Assembly: GCF_001677475.2 (NCBI RefSeq)
Contig: NZ_CP015229.1
Strand: one strand, 5' to 3'
DNA: 64,000 bases
From: Escherichia coli
GTDB taxonomy: Bacteria > Pseudomonadota > Gammaproteobacteria > Enterobacterales > Enterobacteriaceae
Shown here in pieces: positions 1 through 10,537 of this stretch (positions are counted from its first letter, which is position 1; every line of letters begins with the position of its first letter). Both the position numbers and the translations under genes were made by a program. The notes below the pieces were generated by a model. It was not told the DNA's origin. It searched no databases and worked only from the letters and a program-made list of their open reading frames with translations.

Positions 1-1257
1 TGGCAGCCGTTGACCGATTCGGGCCAGCACCTGCTGTTTAAGCCCCTCATCACGCAGTGCTTCCGTCAGTTCGGCAGCAAAGGCGTAAATGATCATCTGC
101 TGGGCATCCTGCTGATTGATCCCGCGCGAGCGCAGATAGAACATCTGTTCATCATCAATACGCCCCACCGTCGCGCCGTGGCTGCATTTCACATCATCTG
201 CATAGATTTCCAGCTGCGGTTTCGTATCCACTTCCGCCAGTTTGCCCATCAGCAGATTATTGTTGGTCATCTGACCATCCGTTTTGATGGCGTGCTGCGC
301 GACGTTGATCAAACCGTTAAATACCGCGCGGCCTTTGTCGCTGACGATAGTTTTGTGCAACTGTCGGCTGTTACAAAAACCTTTATTGTGTTCCAGCCAG
401 GTACGGGTATCACACACCTCGTTTTTCACCGGCATCGCCAGGCTATTGATCCGCAACATGCTGTTTTCGCCATTGAGTTGCGTACTGGTGTTGTGTCGTA
501 ACACTGCGCCACCCAGCAGGAAACTGTGGCTAAATGCGGTGGCATCGTCAGCCAGCAACAAATCGTTATGGGCAAAGTGGTGACTGAGCGGGTTTTCAAA
601 CGCCAGCTTGATATGCTGCAAGTGGGCGTTCGCTGCGACGTTGATAGTGAACCGTGCCCCGGTAAAATGACGAGCATCATTAAGGCTGATAAAATGTTCA
701 ATCACCGTTGCTTCGGCACCTTCCGCCAGATCCAGATGATGTCGGTAATGGGCAGTGTTCACCTCTTCACCTGCCACGCCCTGGGTGATATGCATTAACA
801 GCAATGGCTTTGCCGGTCGTTGACCGCGCTTCACGGCGATATGCGTCACGCTTTGTGCCAGGCTTTCCGTCAAATGCAGAAACACTTCCGCCTGAATAGC
901 GTCGGGTAACCCCTGACGGTCATCATTAATGCTCACTTCATATCCGCTGCCTTCAGTTGCATCGCTCAGCGCAGGCATGTAACGTCCATCGACAAACACC
1001 AGCCGTACGGCGTCTAACGTTAACGCTAAGGCATCACGCTGCTGTGGGGATATCTCCCCCGCAATGCTGACAAACTGGCTATTGGCCAGCCCTTCCAGCG
1101 GCGTATATTTCCAGTTTTCATGTTTACGTGTCGGCAGTCCGGTACGCAGCAATTGTTGTAAATGCTGTTGTGCTTGCGGTGAGCGTTTTGTCCCTTCAGC
1201 TTCAAACAAGTGATGCCACTGTTGCAGCGCGTTACTGCTGTTCGGTAAGCCAGCCAT
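1..1257 (-). CDS. sufD: Fe-S cluster assembly protein SufD (gene 3' end lies left of the window)
   Basis: Minus-strand frame open from window start to ATG at 1255-1257; no in-window stop so absent from ORF track; N-terminus reads MAGLPNSSNALQQWHHLFE; overlaps sufC end as in the suf operon. Confidence 0.85.
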   Translation of the reverse strand, partial: MAGLPNSSNALQQWHHLFEAEGTKRSPQAQQHLQQLLRTGLPTRKHENWKYTPLEGLANSQFVSIAGEISPQQRDALALTLDAVRLVFVDGRYMPALSDATEGSGYEVSINDDRQGLPDAIQAEVFLHLTESLAQSVTHIAVKRGQRPAKPLLLMHITQGVAGEEVNTAHYRHHLDLAEGAEATVIEHFISLNDARHFTGARFTINVAANAHLQHIKLAFENPLSHHFAHNDLLLADDATAFSHSFLLGGAVLRHNTSTQLNGENSMLRINSLAMPVKNEVCDTRTWLEHNKGFCNSRQLHKTIVSDKGRAVFNGLINVAQHAIKTDGQMTNNNLLMGKLAEVDTKPQLEIYADDVKCSHGATVGRIDDEQMFYLRSRGINQQDAQQMIIYAFAAELTEALRDEGLKQQVLARIGQRLP

Positions 1258-1978
1258 AACCCTGCTCCTCCAGTTGTTTGACCAACGTGAAATCGCCGGA
1301 TTTCACAATTCGTCCCTGATACAGCACGTGGACGTAATCAGGCTTGATGTAGTCGAGAATGCGTTGGTAGTGCGTAACAATGATGAATGAACGCTTGCCG
1401 TCACGCAGCGAGTTCACGCCATCGGCAACCACTTTTAATGCGTCAATATCCAGCCCGGAGTCCGACTCATCAAGAATGCATAACTCCGGTTCCAGCACCG
1501 CCATTTGCAAAATATCGTTGCGCTTTTTCTCGCCGCCAGAAAAACCAACGTTTACCGAACGGGTTAATAAATCCTCCGGCATCTTCAGGAGAGCGATTTT
1601 CTCTTCCATCAAATCCTGAAAATCAAAGCGGTCGAGCGTTTCCTGCCCGCGATAGCTGCGCACCGCATTAAGTGCCGTTTGCAGGAAAAACTGGTTACTG
1701 ACGCCGGGAATTTCCACCGGATACTGGAAGGCCATAAAGATACCTTCACCTGCACGATCTTCCGGCGACAGCGCAAGCAAATCTTTGCCTTTGAACTCAA
1801 CCGTGCCGCCCGTCACTTCATAATCTTCTCGCCCGGCAAGCGTTGCCGATAAGGTACTTTTGCCCGAACCGTTTGGCCCCATAATGGCGTGAACTTCGCC
1901 GGGACGAACGTCGAGGCTTAATCCACGCAGGATAGCTTTATCTTCCACGCTGACGTGTAAATCTTTAATACTTAACAT
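1232..1978 (-). CDS. sufC: Fe-S cluster assembly ATPase SufC
   Basis: 248-aa ORF; Walker A GPNGSGKST and ABC signature FSGGEKKR; position between sufB and sufD. Confidence 0.95.
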   Translation of the reverse strand: MLSIKDLHVSVEDKAILRGLSLDVRPGEVHAIMGPNGSGKSTLSATLAGREDYEVTGGTVEFKGKDLLALSPEDRAGEGIFMAFQYPVEIPGVSNQFFLQTALNAVRSYRGQETLDRFDFQDLMEEKIALLKMPEDLLTRSVNVGFSGGEKKRNDILQMAVLEPELCILDESDSGLDIDALKVVADGVNSLRDGKRSFIIVTHYQRILDYIKPDYVHVLYQGRIVKSGDFTLVKQLEEQGYGWLTEQQ

Positions 1979-1987
1979 GTTTATTCC

Positions 1988-3475
1988 TTATCCGACGCTG
2001 TGTTCAAGACTGATGGCGAGGAGTTTTTGTGCTTCAACGGCAAATTCCAGCGGCAGTTCTGAGAACACGTCTTTGCAGAAACCGTTAACAATCATCGAGA
2101 TGGCATCTTCTTCGCTGATCCCGCGTTGCAGGCAGTAAAACAGTTGATCTTCACCAATACGTGATGTTGTTGCCTCGTGCTCCAGTTGTGCGCTGTTATT
2201 GCGACATTCGACATACGGGAAGGTATGCGCCCCACAATTAGCGCCAATCAGCATTGAGTCGCACTGAGTGAAATTGCGCGCATTGGTTGCCGTCGGCATG
2301 ATTTTCACTAAGCCGCGATAACTGTTCTGACTATGTCCGGCAGAGATCCCTTTCGAGATAATGGTCGATTTGGTGTTTTTACCAATGTGGATCATCTTGG
2401 TGCCGGTATCCGCCTGCTGATGACCGCTGGTCAGTGCCACCGAGTAGAACTCACCGATAGAGTTATCGCCGCGCAGAATGCAGCTTGGGTATTTCCAGGT
2501 AATCGCTGAACCGGTTTCTGATTGCGTCCATGACATCTTGCTGTTTTCGCCTTCGCACAACGCACGCTTGGTGACGAAGTTGAGAATACCACCGGTGTTG
2601 TTATCGCCAGGGAACCAGTTTTGTACCGTGGAATATTTCACCTCGGCGTTTTTATGGATGATGACTTCCACCACCGCCGCGTGTAACTGATAGCTGTCAC
2701 GCACCGGAGCGGAACAGCCTTCGATGTAGCTGACGTAGCTGTCTTCGTCGGCCACCAGAATGGTGCGCTCAAACTGCCCGGTTTTTTCTGCGTTAATGCG
2801 AAAATAGGTGGAAAGTTCCATCGGGCAGCGCACGCCTTTAGGCACATAAATAAACGTACCGTCAGAGGCTACCGCCGCATTAAGCGCGGCAAAGAAGTTG
2901 TCATTCCCCGGCACCACGGTGCCGAGATATTTACGCACCAGTTCCGGGTGATCGTGGATCGCCTCACCAAAGGAACAGAAAATAATTCCCTGCTCCGCCA
3001 GTTTTTCGCGATAAGTAGTGGCAACCGAAACAGAGTCGAAAATGGCATCCACCGCCACCTCTTTGCCTTCCCGCACGGGAACGCCCAACTGCTCAAACGC
3101 CGCCTCCACCTCTTTACTTAAAAAGGCGTTCGCGCCAGTTTGCTGCACCGCGCCAGGTTCAGACGCGCAAGTGTCGTCACAATTACCGCACGATGGTGCC
3201 GAATAGTAGCTGTAATCCTGATAATTCAGCTTGTCGTAGTGCGCTTTCAGCCAGTGCGGCTCTTCCATCTCCAGCCATGCGCGATAGGCATTGAGACGAA
3301 ACTCCAGCATCCACTCCGGCTCATTACGCTTCGCCGAAATTGCGCGCACCACCTCTTCGTTTATCCCCTTTGCCAGCTCATCGGTGGCTAACTGGGTGAA
3401 GAATCCTTCTTTATAATTCAGCGGGCCGCCGGTCCAGGTTTTGACATCGTCAGTTGCTTCAGTATTACGAGACAT
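1988..3475 (-). CDS. sufB: Fe-S cluster scaffold protein SufB
   Basis: ORF 1988..3514; start set at internal Met ([14 protein letters not shown]) which matches the SufB N-terminus as I recall it; synteny. Confidence 0.9.
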   Translation of the reverse strand: MSRNTEATDDVKTWTGGPLNYKEGFFTQLATDELAKGINEEVVRAISAKRNEPEWMLEFRLNAYRAWLEMEEPHWLKAHYDKLNYQDYSYYSAPSCGNCDDTCASEPGAVQQTGANAFLSKEVEAAFEQLGVPVREGKEVAVDAIFDSVSVATTYREKLAEQGIIFCSFGEAIHDHPELVRKYLGTVVPGNDNFFAALNAAVASDGTFIYVPKGVRCPMELSTYFRINAEKTGQFERTILVADEDSYVSYIEGCSAPVRDSYQLHAAVVEVIIHKNAEVKYSTVQNWFPGDNNTGGILNFVTKRALCEGENSKMSWTQSETGSAITWKYPSCILRGDNSIGEFYSVALTSGHQQADTGTKMIHIGKNTKSTIISKGISAGHSQNSYRGLVKIMPTATNARNFTQCDSMLIGANCGAHTFPYVECRNNSAQLEHEATTSRIGEDQLFYCLQRGISEEDAISMIVNGFCKDVFSELPLEFAVEAQKLLAISLEHSVG

Positions 3476-3483
3476 AGTACCGC

Positions 3484-3852
3484 CTATACCCCAAAGCTTT
3501 CGCCACAGCCACATTCATTCTGGGCTTTAGGGTTGTGAAATTTGAATATCTGATTAAGTCCTTCACGAACGAAATCGACTTCCGTGCCATCAATAAACGG
3601 CATCGCTTGCAGCGGGACAAACAGCTTCGCGCCGTCGTGTTCAAACAGCAGATCGTCTTTGTCCGGCTCGCTAACACTGTCGAGCACATAGCCAAAGCCC
3701 GCGCAGCCTGTTTGCTTCACGCCTAAGCGCACGCCGACCATACCTGGCTGCTTTGCCACCAGCTCGCGGATGTGTATCGCCGCTGCGGGTGTCAGCGTTA
3801 AGCCTTGCCAGGCGAAATCCTGTGGATTAAAGGTTCCTGAATGCATGTCCAT
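3484..3852 (-). CDS. sufA: Fe-S cluster A-type carrier SufA
   Basis: 122-aa ORF with C-terminal CGCGESF motif typical of A-type carriers; first gene of suf operon. Confidence 0.9.
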   Translation of the reverse strand: MDMHSGTFNPQDFAWQGLTLTPAAAIHIRELVAKQPGMVGVRLGVKQTGCAGFGYVLDSVSEPDKDDLLFEHDGAKLFVPLQAMPFIDGTEVDFVREGLNQIFKFHNPKAQNECGCGESFGV

Positions 3853-4060
3853 CGATTTACCTCACTTCATCGCTTTCAGCGTATAACAGCATGTTAGTGA
3901 TAATGATTATCAGTTCAACCCAGCAAACGCAGGGGCTTTACCGTAAAACATGCTTTTTTCCTGCTTTTAATAAGCATAGACCCTGATGTGTGGGTTAACA
4001 GGCACGCTAAGAATTAGGTATCTCATTGTTAGATAATGATTATTATCTAAGGAGCATTAA
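3853..4060. promoter_or_regulatory. suf operon promoter/regulatory region with Fur-box-like motifs
   Basis: GATAATGATTATC at 3899..3911 and GATAATGATTATTATC at 4032..4047 resemble the Fur box consensus; the suf promoter is known to be Fur/IscR/OxyR regulated. Confidence 0.6.
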
Positions 4061-4400
4061 GGCTGTGATGAAAAAGAAAAAGTTGTATTGAAAATGACTA
4101 TTTAAGAGATAGGTAAAAAAGTGCAGCGTTCAGAAATAAGAAAACCCTTAAGTCTGTGCGACACAGGCTTAAGGGTTTCTACCCCATCCGGCGCTTATCT
4201 CCGGCACTCTCAGTGGCTTAGCTCTTGAAGGGGCGATAAGAATAATCTCATAAAGCTAACCCGCCGTTTTAACACAAACTGCGATTAGTATTATTTTTGA
4301 ACAATATCAGGCGGGTAGATAAGCAGTATTAAGAAGGCCATCGAACCTGGACGGAGATTAATCCAGGTCGATATGGCGAACTTGCGGCATTAAGTCAGGA

Positions 4401-4589
4401 TCAATGCACGCCCAGACGCCAGGCAAAGTAGATTTCTTCTTTTAATTCAGCAGAAGAGAGAGTAAGCAGGTCAGCAAATTCAAGTTCTAGTTGTTTCAGA
4501 CGTTTGAGATATTGGGCAGGTGAAAGATTGCTCTGGTCACGGCGTAAAAATTCAATGGCCAGCTGGGTGGGATCAAGTTGAGTAGACAT
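4401..4589 (-). CDS. ydiH: small conserved protein YdiH
   Basis: ORF 4401..4670; start set at internal Met (MSTQLDPTQLAIEF) giving 62 aa; synteny between suf and menI. Confidence 0.75.
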   Translation of the reverse strand: MSTQLDPTQLAIEFLRRDQSNLSPAQYLKRLKQLELEFADLLTLSSAELKEEIYFAWRLGVH

Positions 4590-4688
4590 AGCATCCTCGC
4601 TTTTAGACAAGACCTGCACAGTATACCACCGTTTACTGTGCAGATAATGACCAAAAGCAATATGCGTCACACTTTTCTGGTGACAACG

Positions 4689-5099
4689 TCACAAAATGGC
4701 GGTCGTTAATCGTGACGAACAGCACAAACGCCCTTTCTCATCGAAGATTTCAATCTGCCAGACCTGGTGACGCGAACCGAGATGCAACGGTTTGCATACG
4801 CCGCGCACCCGCCCTTCTCGTGCCGAGCGGACGTGGTTAGCATTGATTTCCAGACCAACTACCTTTTGCTCACCTTCGGTACATAAATAACCGGCAACGG
4901 AACCGATACTTTCGGCCAGTACCACGGATGCCCCTCCATGCAGCAACCCGAAAGGCTGCTTTGTCCGCGAGTCTACTGGCATTGTCGCTTCAAGGGTGTC
5001 ATCACCAATATGTTCAAAGCGAATATCCAGTAACCCCACCATGTTTCCTTCACCCATGGCATTCAGTGCTTCCAGGGTGATTTTTCGTTTCCATATCAT
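4689..5099 (-). CDS. menI: 1,4-dihydroxy-2-naphthoyl-CoA hydrolase (hotdog-fold thioesterase)
   Basis: 136-aa ORF; hotdog thioesterase-like; synteny (ydiI position). Confidence 0.85.
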   Translation of the reverse strand: MIWKRKITLEALNAMGEGNMVGLLDIRFEHIGDDTLEATMPVDSRTKQPFGLLHGGASVVLAESIGSVAGYLCTEGEQKVVGLEINANHVRSAREGRVRGVCKPLHLGSRHQVWQIEIFDEKGRLCCSSRLTTAIL

Positions 5100-8000
5100 T
5101 TAATAATCTCAAGTAAAGCCTGCACAGGATGGCGTACCCCCGTGCCTTCAACCCGTTTGACCTGACTACGGCAGGAATATCCGGTCGCCAGACAGCGGTT
5201 ACGCGGCAGTCGCTGCATCGCCTGATGCCAGGATAACTCATAGATCCCGAGCGAATTTTTATGGTTTTTCGCTTCATGTCCGTAAGTCCCTGCCATGCCG
5301 CAGCAACCCACGCTGACATTTTCCAGTTTCGCGCCAAAACGGGCAAATATCGCGGCCCATTGTGCTGGCGCGCCCGGCAAAGCGGTAACTTCGGTACAGT
5401 GACCAAAGAAATACCATGATTCACCGCTGACTGTAGCCACTGGCTGTGAGTCAAGTGCGCTTGCCAGCCATTCATTCGCCAGTAAGACGTTAAACTCGCC
5501 ACGTTCCTCGCCCAGCGCCAGTTTATATTCATCGCGATAACAAAGTACCAGCGCCGGATCGACGCCCACCATTGGCATCCCCAGCTTCGCCACACGGTTG
5601 AGGAAATCCGCCGTCTTTTTCGCCGTCTTCGCAAAACGATTAAGAAAGCCTTTAATATGCTGGGCTTTGCCATTTGGCGAAAATGGCAGTAACACAGGCT
5701 GGAAACCTAATTTTTCGACCAGACGGACAAAATCCGCCACCACTTGCGCATCGTAATAGCTGGTAAAGGGGTCCTGCACCACCAACACCGTGCGCGCTTT
5801 CTGCTCTGCATTGAGAGCTTCAAGCTGTTCCAGCGTCATGTTTGCCGAGCGATGCCCCACCATTTGTTGTTGTAGCGAGGGGACCGACAGCAGCGGCAAA
5901 TCAACCATGCCGATATGTTTTTCCGAGAGTTTGCGCACCAGCGGCTGGTTAATGAAGAAGTTAAAGGTTTTCGGCGCGCGTGCCATCAGCGGTGCGTAGC
6001 TCTCGACCGTAGCGACGAGGTGGTCGCGCAGCGGGCGTAAATAACGGGTGTGATAGAGCTGCAGGAAACGAGAGCGAAACTCCGGCACATCAATTTTGAT
6101 GGGGCACTGGGTCGAACAAGCTTTACAGGCCAGACAGCCCGACATCGCCTCTTTGACTTCGTGTGAGAAATCATATTCGCCTTTATTCGCATGCCAGCTA
6201 TTGCGCGTGCGGGCAATTAACGTCCGCAAGCTGACGCCGGATTCAGGCAGTTCTTGTTCCAGTTTGAGTGGGTCAACGCCGCGATCCGCCAACAAACGCA
6301 GCCATTCACGCACCAGCGTTGCGCGCCCTTTAGGTGAATGAATCCGGTTCTGGGTGATCTTCATCGACGGACACATCGGACTACGGGCATCAAAGTTGAA
6401 GCATAAACCGTTGCCGTTACACTCCATCGCACCACGCCACTGCTGGCGTACCGCAATGGGGATCTGCCGGTCGAATGTACCGCGCTTCACCGCGTCCACT
6501 TTCATCATCGTTGCATCGAGACCTTCTGGCGGGCAAATCTTCCCTGGGTTGAGTCGGTTATGCGGGTCAAATGCCGCTTTCACTTTACGCAGTTCTGCAA
6601 AAAGTTCCTCACCGAAAAACGCCGGGCTGTATTCGGCGCGAAAACCTTTGCCGTGTTCGCCCCACAACAAACCACCGTATTTCGCAGTCAGCGCCACCAC
6701 GTCATCAGAGATTTGCTTCATCAAAATCTCTTGTTGCGGATCGCACATATCCAGCGCTGGACGTACGTGCAAGACACCTGCATCGACGTGACCGAACATA
6801 CCGTAGCTTAAGCCGTGGCTGTCGAGCAGCGCGCGAAATTCAGCAATATAATCCGCCAGGTGTTCCGGCGGTACGCAGGTATCCTCAGCAAACGGAATTG
6901 GCTTAGCGGCACCTTTGGCATTGCCAAGCAGACCAACGGCTTTTTTGCGCATCGCATAGATACGTTCAACACCCGCCAGCTCGCGGCACACCTGCCAGCC
7001 GATCACTCCTGCCTGTTGGCTGGCAATCAGCTCATCCAACCGCACACAGAGTGCATTAACTCGCTCGTCAATCAGTGCCTCATCATCACCAGCAAATTCC
7101 ACAATGTTCAGCCCGAGCATCTCTTTGTCAGGCACATCGGTAATCAACTCGCTGACGGAATGCCAGACAATATCTTCCCGCGCCAGATTCAGCACTTTTG
7201 AGTCCACCGTCTCTACCGAAAGCGCCCGCGCCTCAACCATAAACGGCGCGTTACGCAGCGCGGAGTCAAATGAGTCATATTTAACGTTCACCAGACGGCG
7301 CACTTTAGGCAAGCGCGTAATATCCAGCCGCGCTTCGGTAATAAAGGCCAGCGTTCCTTCTGAACCCGTCAGAATGCGCGTCAGGTCGAACTCGGTCATC
7401 TCATCGTTAAAGACATGACGCAGATCGTAACCGGTAAGAAAGCGGTTAAGTTTGGGAAATTTGTCGATGATTAACTGCCGTTGCTGACGGCAGCGTTGAT
7501 AAACCGTTTTATAGATACGCCCGATAGCTGTATTGGTTTTGCCCAGCGTTTCCGCCAGCTCGACGGGTAAAGGTTGCGTATCGAGAATATCCCCCCCCAA
7601 CAACACCGCCCGCACGCCGAGCACGTGATCTGACGTTTTACCATAGACCAGCGATCCCTGACCGGAAGCATCGGTATTGATCATCCCGCCGAGCGTTGCC
7701 CGGTTGCTGGTCGAAAGTTCTGGTGCAAAAAAGTAGCCGAACGGTTTCAGGTACTGGTTAAGCTGATCTTTAATAACCCCCGCTTCAACGCGCACCCAGC
7801 CCTCTTCAGGGTTAATTTCGATGATGCGGTTCATATGACGGGACATATCAACAATAATCCCCTGGTTGAGCGCCTGACCGTTAGTGCCGGTGCCGCCACC
7901 GCGCGGGGTGAAGATCAACGATGAATAGCGTTCCTGCGCAGCCAGACGGGCGATTAATGCCACATCTGCGGTCGAACGCGGAAATACCACTGCGTCGGGG

Positions 8001-8152
8001 AGAAGTTGGTAAATACTGTTGTCGGTCGACATTGTCAGACGATCGGCATAACTTGTCGCCGTATCGCCGGTAAAACCCTGTTGCTCCAGCTCTTGCAAAT
8101 AATTAAGCACCAGTTGAACGACGCCGGGTGCCTGGGAAATCTGTGGAATCAT
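5096..8152 (-). CDS. ydiJ: FAD-linked oxidoreductase with C-terminal Fe-S/CCG domains (YdiJ)
   Basis: 1018-aa ORF; N-terminal FAD-binding region, Cys clusters (CLACKACSTQCP); synteny. Confidence 0.9.
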   Translation of the reverse strand: MIPQISQAPGVVQLVLNYLQELEQQGFTGDTATSYADRLTMSTDNSIYQLLPDAVVFPRSTADVALIARLAAQERYSSLIFTPRGGGTGTNGQALNQGIIVDMSRHMNRIIEINPEEGWVRVEAGVIKDQLNQYLKPFGYFFAPELSTSNRATLGGMINTDASGQGSLVYGKTSDHVLGVRAVLLGGDILDTQPLPVELAETLGKTNTAIGRIYKTVYQRCRQQRQLIIDKFPKLNRFLTGYDLRHVFNDEMTEFDLTRILTGSEGTLAFITEARLDITRLPKVRRLVNVKYDSFDSALRNAPFMVEARALSVETVDSKVLNLAREDIVWHSVSELITDVPDKEMLGLNIVEFAGDDEALIDERVNALCVRLDELIASQQAGVIGWQVCRELAGVERIYAMRKKAVGLLGNAKGAAKPIPFAEDTCVPPEHLADYIAEFRALLDSHGLSYGMFGHVDAGVLHVRPALDMCDPQQEILMKQISDDVVALTAKYGGLLWGEHGKGFRAEYSPAFFGEELFAELRKVKAAFDPHNRLNPGKICPPEGLDATMMKVDAVKRGTFDRQIPIAVRQQWRGAMECNGNGLCFNFDARSPMCPSMKITQNRIHSPKGRATLVREWLRLLADRGVDPLKLEQELPESGVSLRTLIARTRNSWHANKGEYDFSHEVKEAMSGCLACKACSTQCPIKIDVPEFRSRFLQLYHTRYLRPLRDHLVATVESYAPLMARAPKTFNFFINQPLVRKLSEKHIGMVDLPLLSVPSLQQQMVGHRSANMTLEQLEALNAEQKARTVLVVQDPFTSYYDAQVVADFVRLVEKLGFQPVLLPFSPNGKAQHIKGFLNRFAKTAKKTADFLNRVAKLGMPMVGVDPALVLCYRDEYKLALGEERGEFNVLLANEWLASALDSQPVATVSGESWYFFGHCTEVTALPGAPAQWAAIFARFGAKLENVSVGCCGMAGTYGHEAKNHKNSLGIYELSWHQAMQRLPRNRCLATGYSCRSQVKRVEGTGVRHPVQALLEIIK

Positions 8153-8540
8153 TATATTGACCCTTTCCTGCGGTCTGTGATGTAGGTCGATACACTATTC
8201 TTTCAGGCTGCTGCAATAGCGCACTGAAAGGTGATGTTTGTTTACTCTATGGATTTCGTGTTGCAGGAAGGCGGCAAGCGAGTGAACTCCAGGAGCTTAC
8301 AATAGTAAGTGACTGGGGTGAACGAACGTAGCCGCAGCACATGCAACTTGAAATACGACGAGTAAATCGTTTGCGTGTTGCCTGAGTTGTTGTACCACAT
8401 TTTTTTCTAACACGCCCATCAGAATTAAGGGCAGAATCGGCCTGTTAAAAACCGCTGAAATTGCTCATCATTATGCAGGTGAGTTTCGCGTGTTCACGTC
8501 GCGTCGACGATTTGACGTACAAAAAAGGTGAAAAGTAGTT

Positions 8541-9653
8541 ATGGTAAATGTTCGTCAGCCCAGGGATGTCGCACAAATTCTGCTTTCGGTGCTGTTTTTA
8601 GCCATCATGATTGTGGCATGTCTGTGGATTGTTCAACCCTTTATTCTCGGCTTTGCATGGGCCGGTACGGTGGTTATCGCCACCTGGCCGGTATTGTTAC
8701 GTTTGCAAAAGATCATGTTTGGCCGCCGCTCTCTCGCCGTTCTGGTGATGACGCTGTTATTAGTGATGGTGTTTATCATCCCTATTGCTTTGCTGGTTAA
8801 CAGTATCGTCGACGGCAGCGGCCCGCTAATTAAAGCCATTTCCAGCGGCGACATGACGTTACCCGATCTGTCGTGGCTTAATACCATTCCGGTGATTGGC
8901 GCGAAGCTGTATGCAGGCTGGCACAACTTGCTGGATATGGGGGGTACGGCGATCATGGCGAAAGTCCGCCCTTATATTGGCACCACCACCACCTGGTTCG
9001 TTGGGCAGGCGGCGCATATCGGGCGCTTTATGGTGCATTGTGCGCTGATGCTTCTCTTCAGTGCCCTGCTGTACTGGCGCGGTGAACAGGTGGCACAAGG
9101 CATTCGCCATTTTGCAACCCGTCTGGCAGGCGTTCGCGGAGATGCCGCCGTGCTGCTGGCGGCACAGGCTATCCGCGCGGTGGCGCTGGGTGTGGTGGTG
9201 ACGGCGTTAGTACAGGCAGTGCTTGGCGGTATCGGCCTCGCCGTATCCGGCGTACCTTATGCAACTTTGCTAACGGTGTTAATGATCCTCTCCTGCCTTG
9301 TCCAGCTTGGCCCGTTGCCGGTACTGATTCCGGCGATTATCTGGCTCTACTGGACCGGCGATACCACCTGGGGAACGGTATTGTTAGTGTGGAGCGGTGT
9401 GGTTGGCACGCTGGATAACGTCATCCGCCCAATGTTAATTCGCATGGGTGCCGATTTACCGCTGATCCTGATCCTCTCTGGCGTTATTGGTGGTTTGATT
9501 GCTTTCGGGATGATCGGTCTGTTTATTGGTCCGGTTCTGTTAGCCGTTTCCTGGCGTCTGTTTGCCGCGTGGGTGGAAGAAGTCCCGCCGCCGACGGACC
9601 AACCGGAAGAAATTCTCGAAGAACTTGGCGAAATCGAGAAACCGAATAAGTAA
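8541..9653 (+). CDS. ydiK: AI-2E family inner-membrane transporter YdiK
   Basis: 370-aa highly hydrophobic multi-TM ORF; synteny. Confidence 0.9.
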   Translation: MVNVRQPRDVAQILLSVLFLAIMIVACLWIVQPFILGFAWAGTVVIATWPVLLRLQKIMFGRRSLAVLVMTLLLVMVFIIPIALLVNSIVDGSGPLIKAISSGDMTLPDLSWLNTIPVIGAKLYAGWHNLLDMGGTAIMAKVRPYIGTTTTWFVGQAAHIGRFMVHCALMLLFSALLYWRGEQVAQGIRHFATRLAGVRGDAAVLLAAQAIRAVALGVVVTALVQAVLGGIGLAVSGVPYATLLTVLMILSCLVQLGPLPVLIPAIIWLYWTGDTTWGTVLLVWSGVVGTLDNVIRPMLIRMGADLPLILILSGVIGGLIAFGMIGLFIGPVLLAVSWRLFAAWVEEVPPPTDQPEEILEELGEIEKPNK

Positions 9654-9660
9654 TTTCTCA

Positions 9661-9681
9661 TCAGGCGGCTCTGCCGCCTGA
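9661..9681 (+). terminator. putative intrinsic terminator downstream of ydiK
   Basis: 9-bp stem TCAGGCGGC/GCCGCCTGA with 3-nt loop immediately after the ydiK stop; weak T tract. Confidence 0.45.
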
Positions 9682-9838
9682 TTGTTAACCACCGCTAATT
9701 GATATTTGCTTGCTCTTCCCCATATTTTCCTGCTTACCGCCATTCAGCTGGTAGTACCTGTCGCAAATTCTTTACAGTTTTTAAACTAATGAGACGAATC
9801 TGATCGACGCAAAAAGTCCGTATGCCTACTATTAGCTC

Positions 9839-9944
9839 ACGGTTATAAATCAACATATTGATTTATAAGCATGGAAATCCCCTGAGTGAAACAACGAATT
9901 GCTGTGTGTAGTCTTTGCCCATCTCCCACGATGGGCTTTTTTTT
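9839..9944 (+). ncRNA. rprA: RprA small regulatory RNA (RpoS translational activator)
   Basis: Sequence ACGGTTATAAATCAACATATTGATTTATAAGCATGGAAATCCCCTGAGTGAAACAACGAATTGCTGTGTGTAGTCTTTGCCCATCTCCCACGATGGGCTTTTTTTT matches RprA as I recall it, including terminal hairpin plus U tract; located between ydiK and ydiL as in K-12. Confidence 0.85.
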
Positions 9945-10081
9945 AACATTTTTCCGCTTCGCTACCTCGCCCCTCACTCTTTCCAATAATGTTGCACAAG
10001 ATACTGTGACTCTCTTCAAGCCGTCAGCAGGCTGATAATGTTATTTATATTTTATTGTTTATTTCATGCAGCCATTACACG

Positions 10082-10438
10082 ATGAACGCTTATGAACTCC
10101 AGGCACTTCGCCATATTTTTGCCATGACTATTGATGAATGCGCGACCTGGATTGCCCAGACCGGTGACAGTGAAAGCTGGCGTCAATGGGAAAATGGCAA
10201 GTGCGCCATTCCTGATCGTGTAGCCGAGCAACTGTTGGCTATGCGTCAGCAAAGAAAAAAACATCTTCATGCCATCATAGAGAAAATAAATAACCGCATC
10301 GGCAACAACACCATGCGTTTTTTCCCCAACTTAACCGCGTTTCAACGTGTCTACCCGGATGGCAATTTTATTGACTGGAAAATCTATCAATCGGTAGCCG
10401 CTGAATTATATGCACACGATATGGAGCGGCTTTGTTAA
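10082..10438 (+). CDS. ydiL: uncharacterised protein YdiL
   Basis: ORF 10055..10438; start set at internal Met (MNAYELQALRH); synteny. Confidence 0.75.
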   Translation: MNAYELQALRHIFAMTIDECATWIAQTGDSESWRQWENGKCAIPDRVAEQLLAMRQQRKKHLHAIIEKINNRIGNNTMRFFPNLTAFQRVYPDGNFIDWKIYQSVAAELYAHDMERLC

Positions 10439-10537
10439 TTTTTCCACAGAAAGGAATTGTCGTTGTTACAACAATAATGAATGGATACTGACACAACATC
10501 GCTACACTTTTTAAAGCACCTTTGCTAAGTAGAACCT

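Noticed and set aside
10-798. Plus-strand ORFs 10..501, 284..583 and 526..798
   Set aside because: Antisense to sufD, whose minus-strand frame is open across the region and whose N-terminus is recognisable.
3853-4400. sRNA rydB expected in the sufA-ydiH intergenic region
   Set aside because: I cannot recall the rydB sequence well enough to place it; only the Fur-box promoter elements are supported by what I can read.
5050-5673. 207-aa minus-strand ORF and several plus-strand ORFs (5790-7418) inside ydiJ
   Set aside because: Alternative frames within or antisense to the 1018-aa ydiJ gene; Arg/Cys/Trp-rich translations; no independent support.
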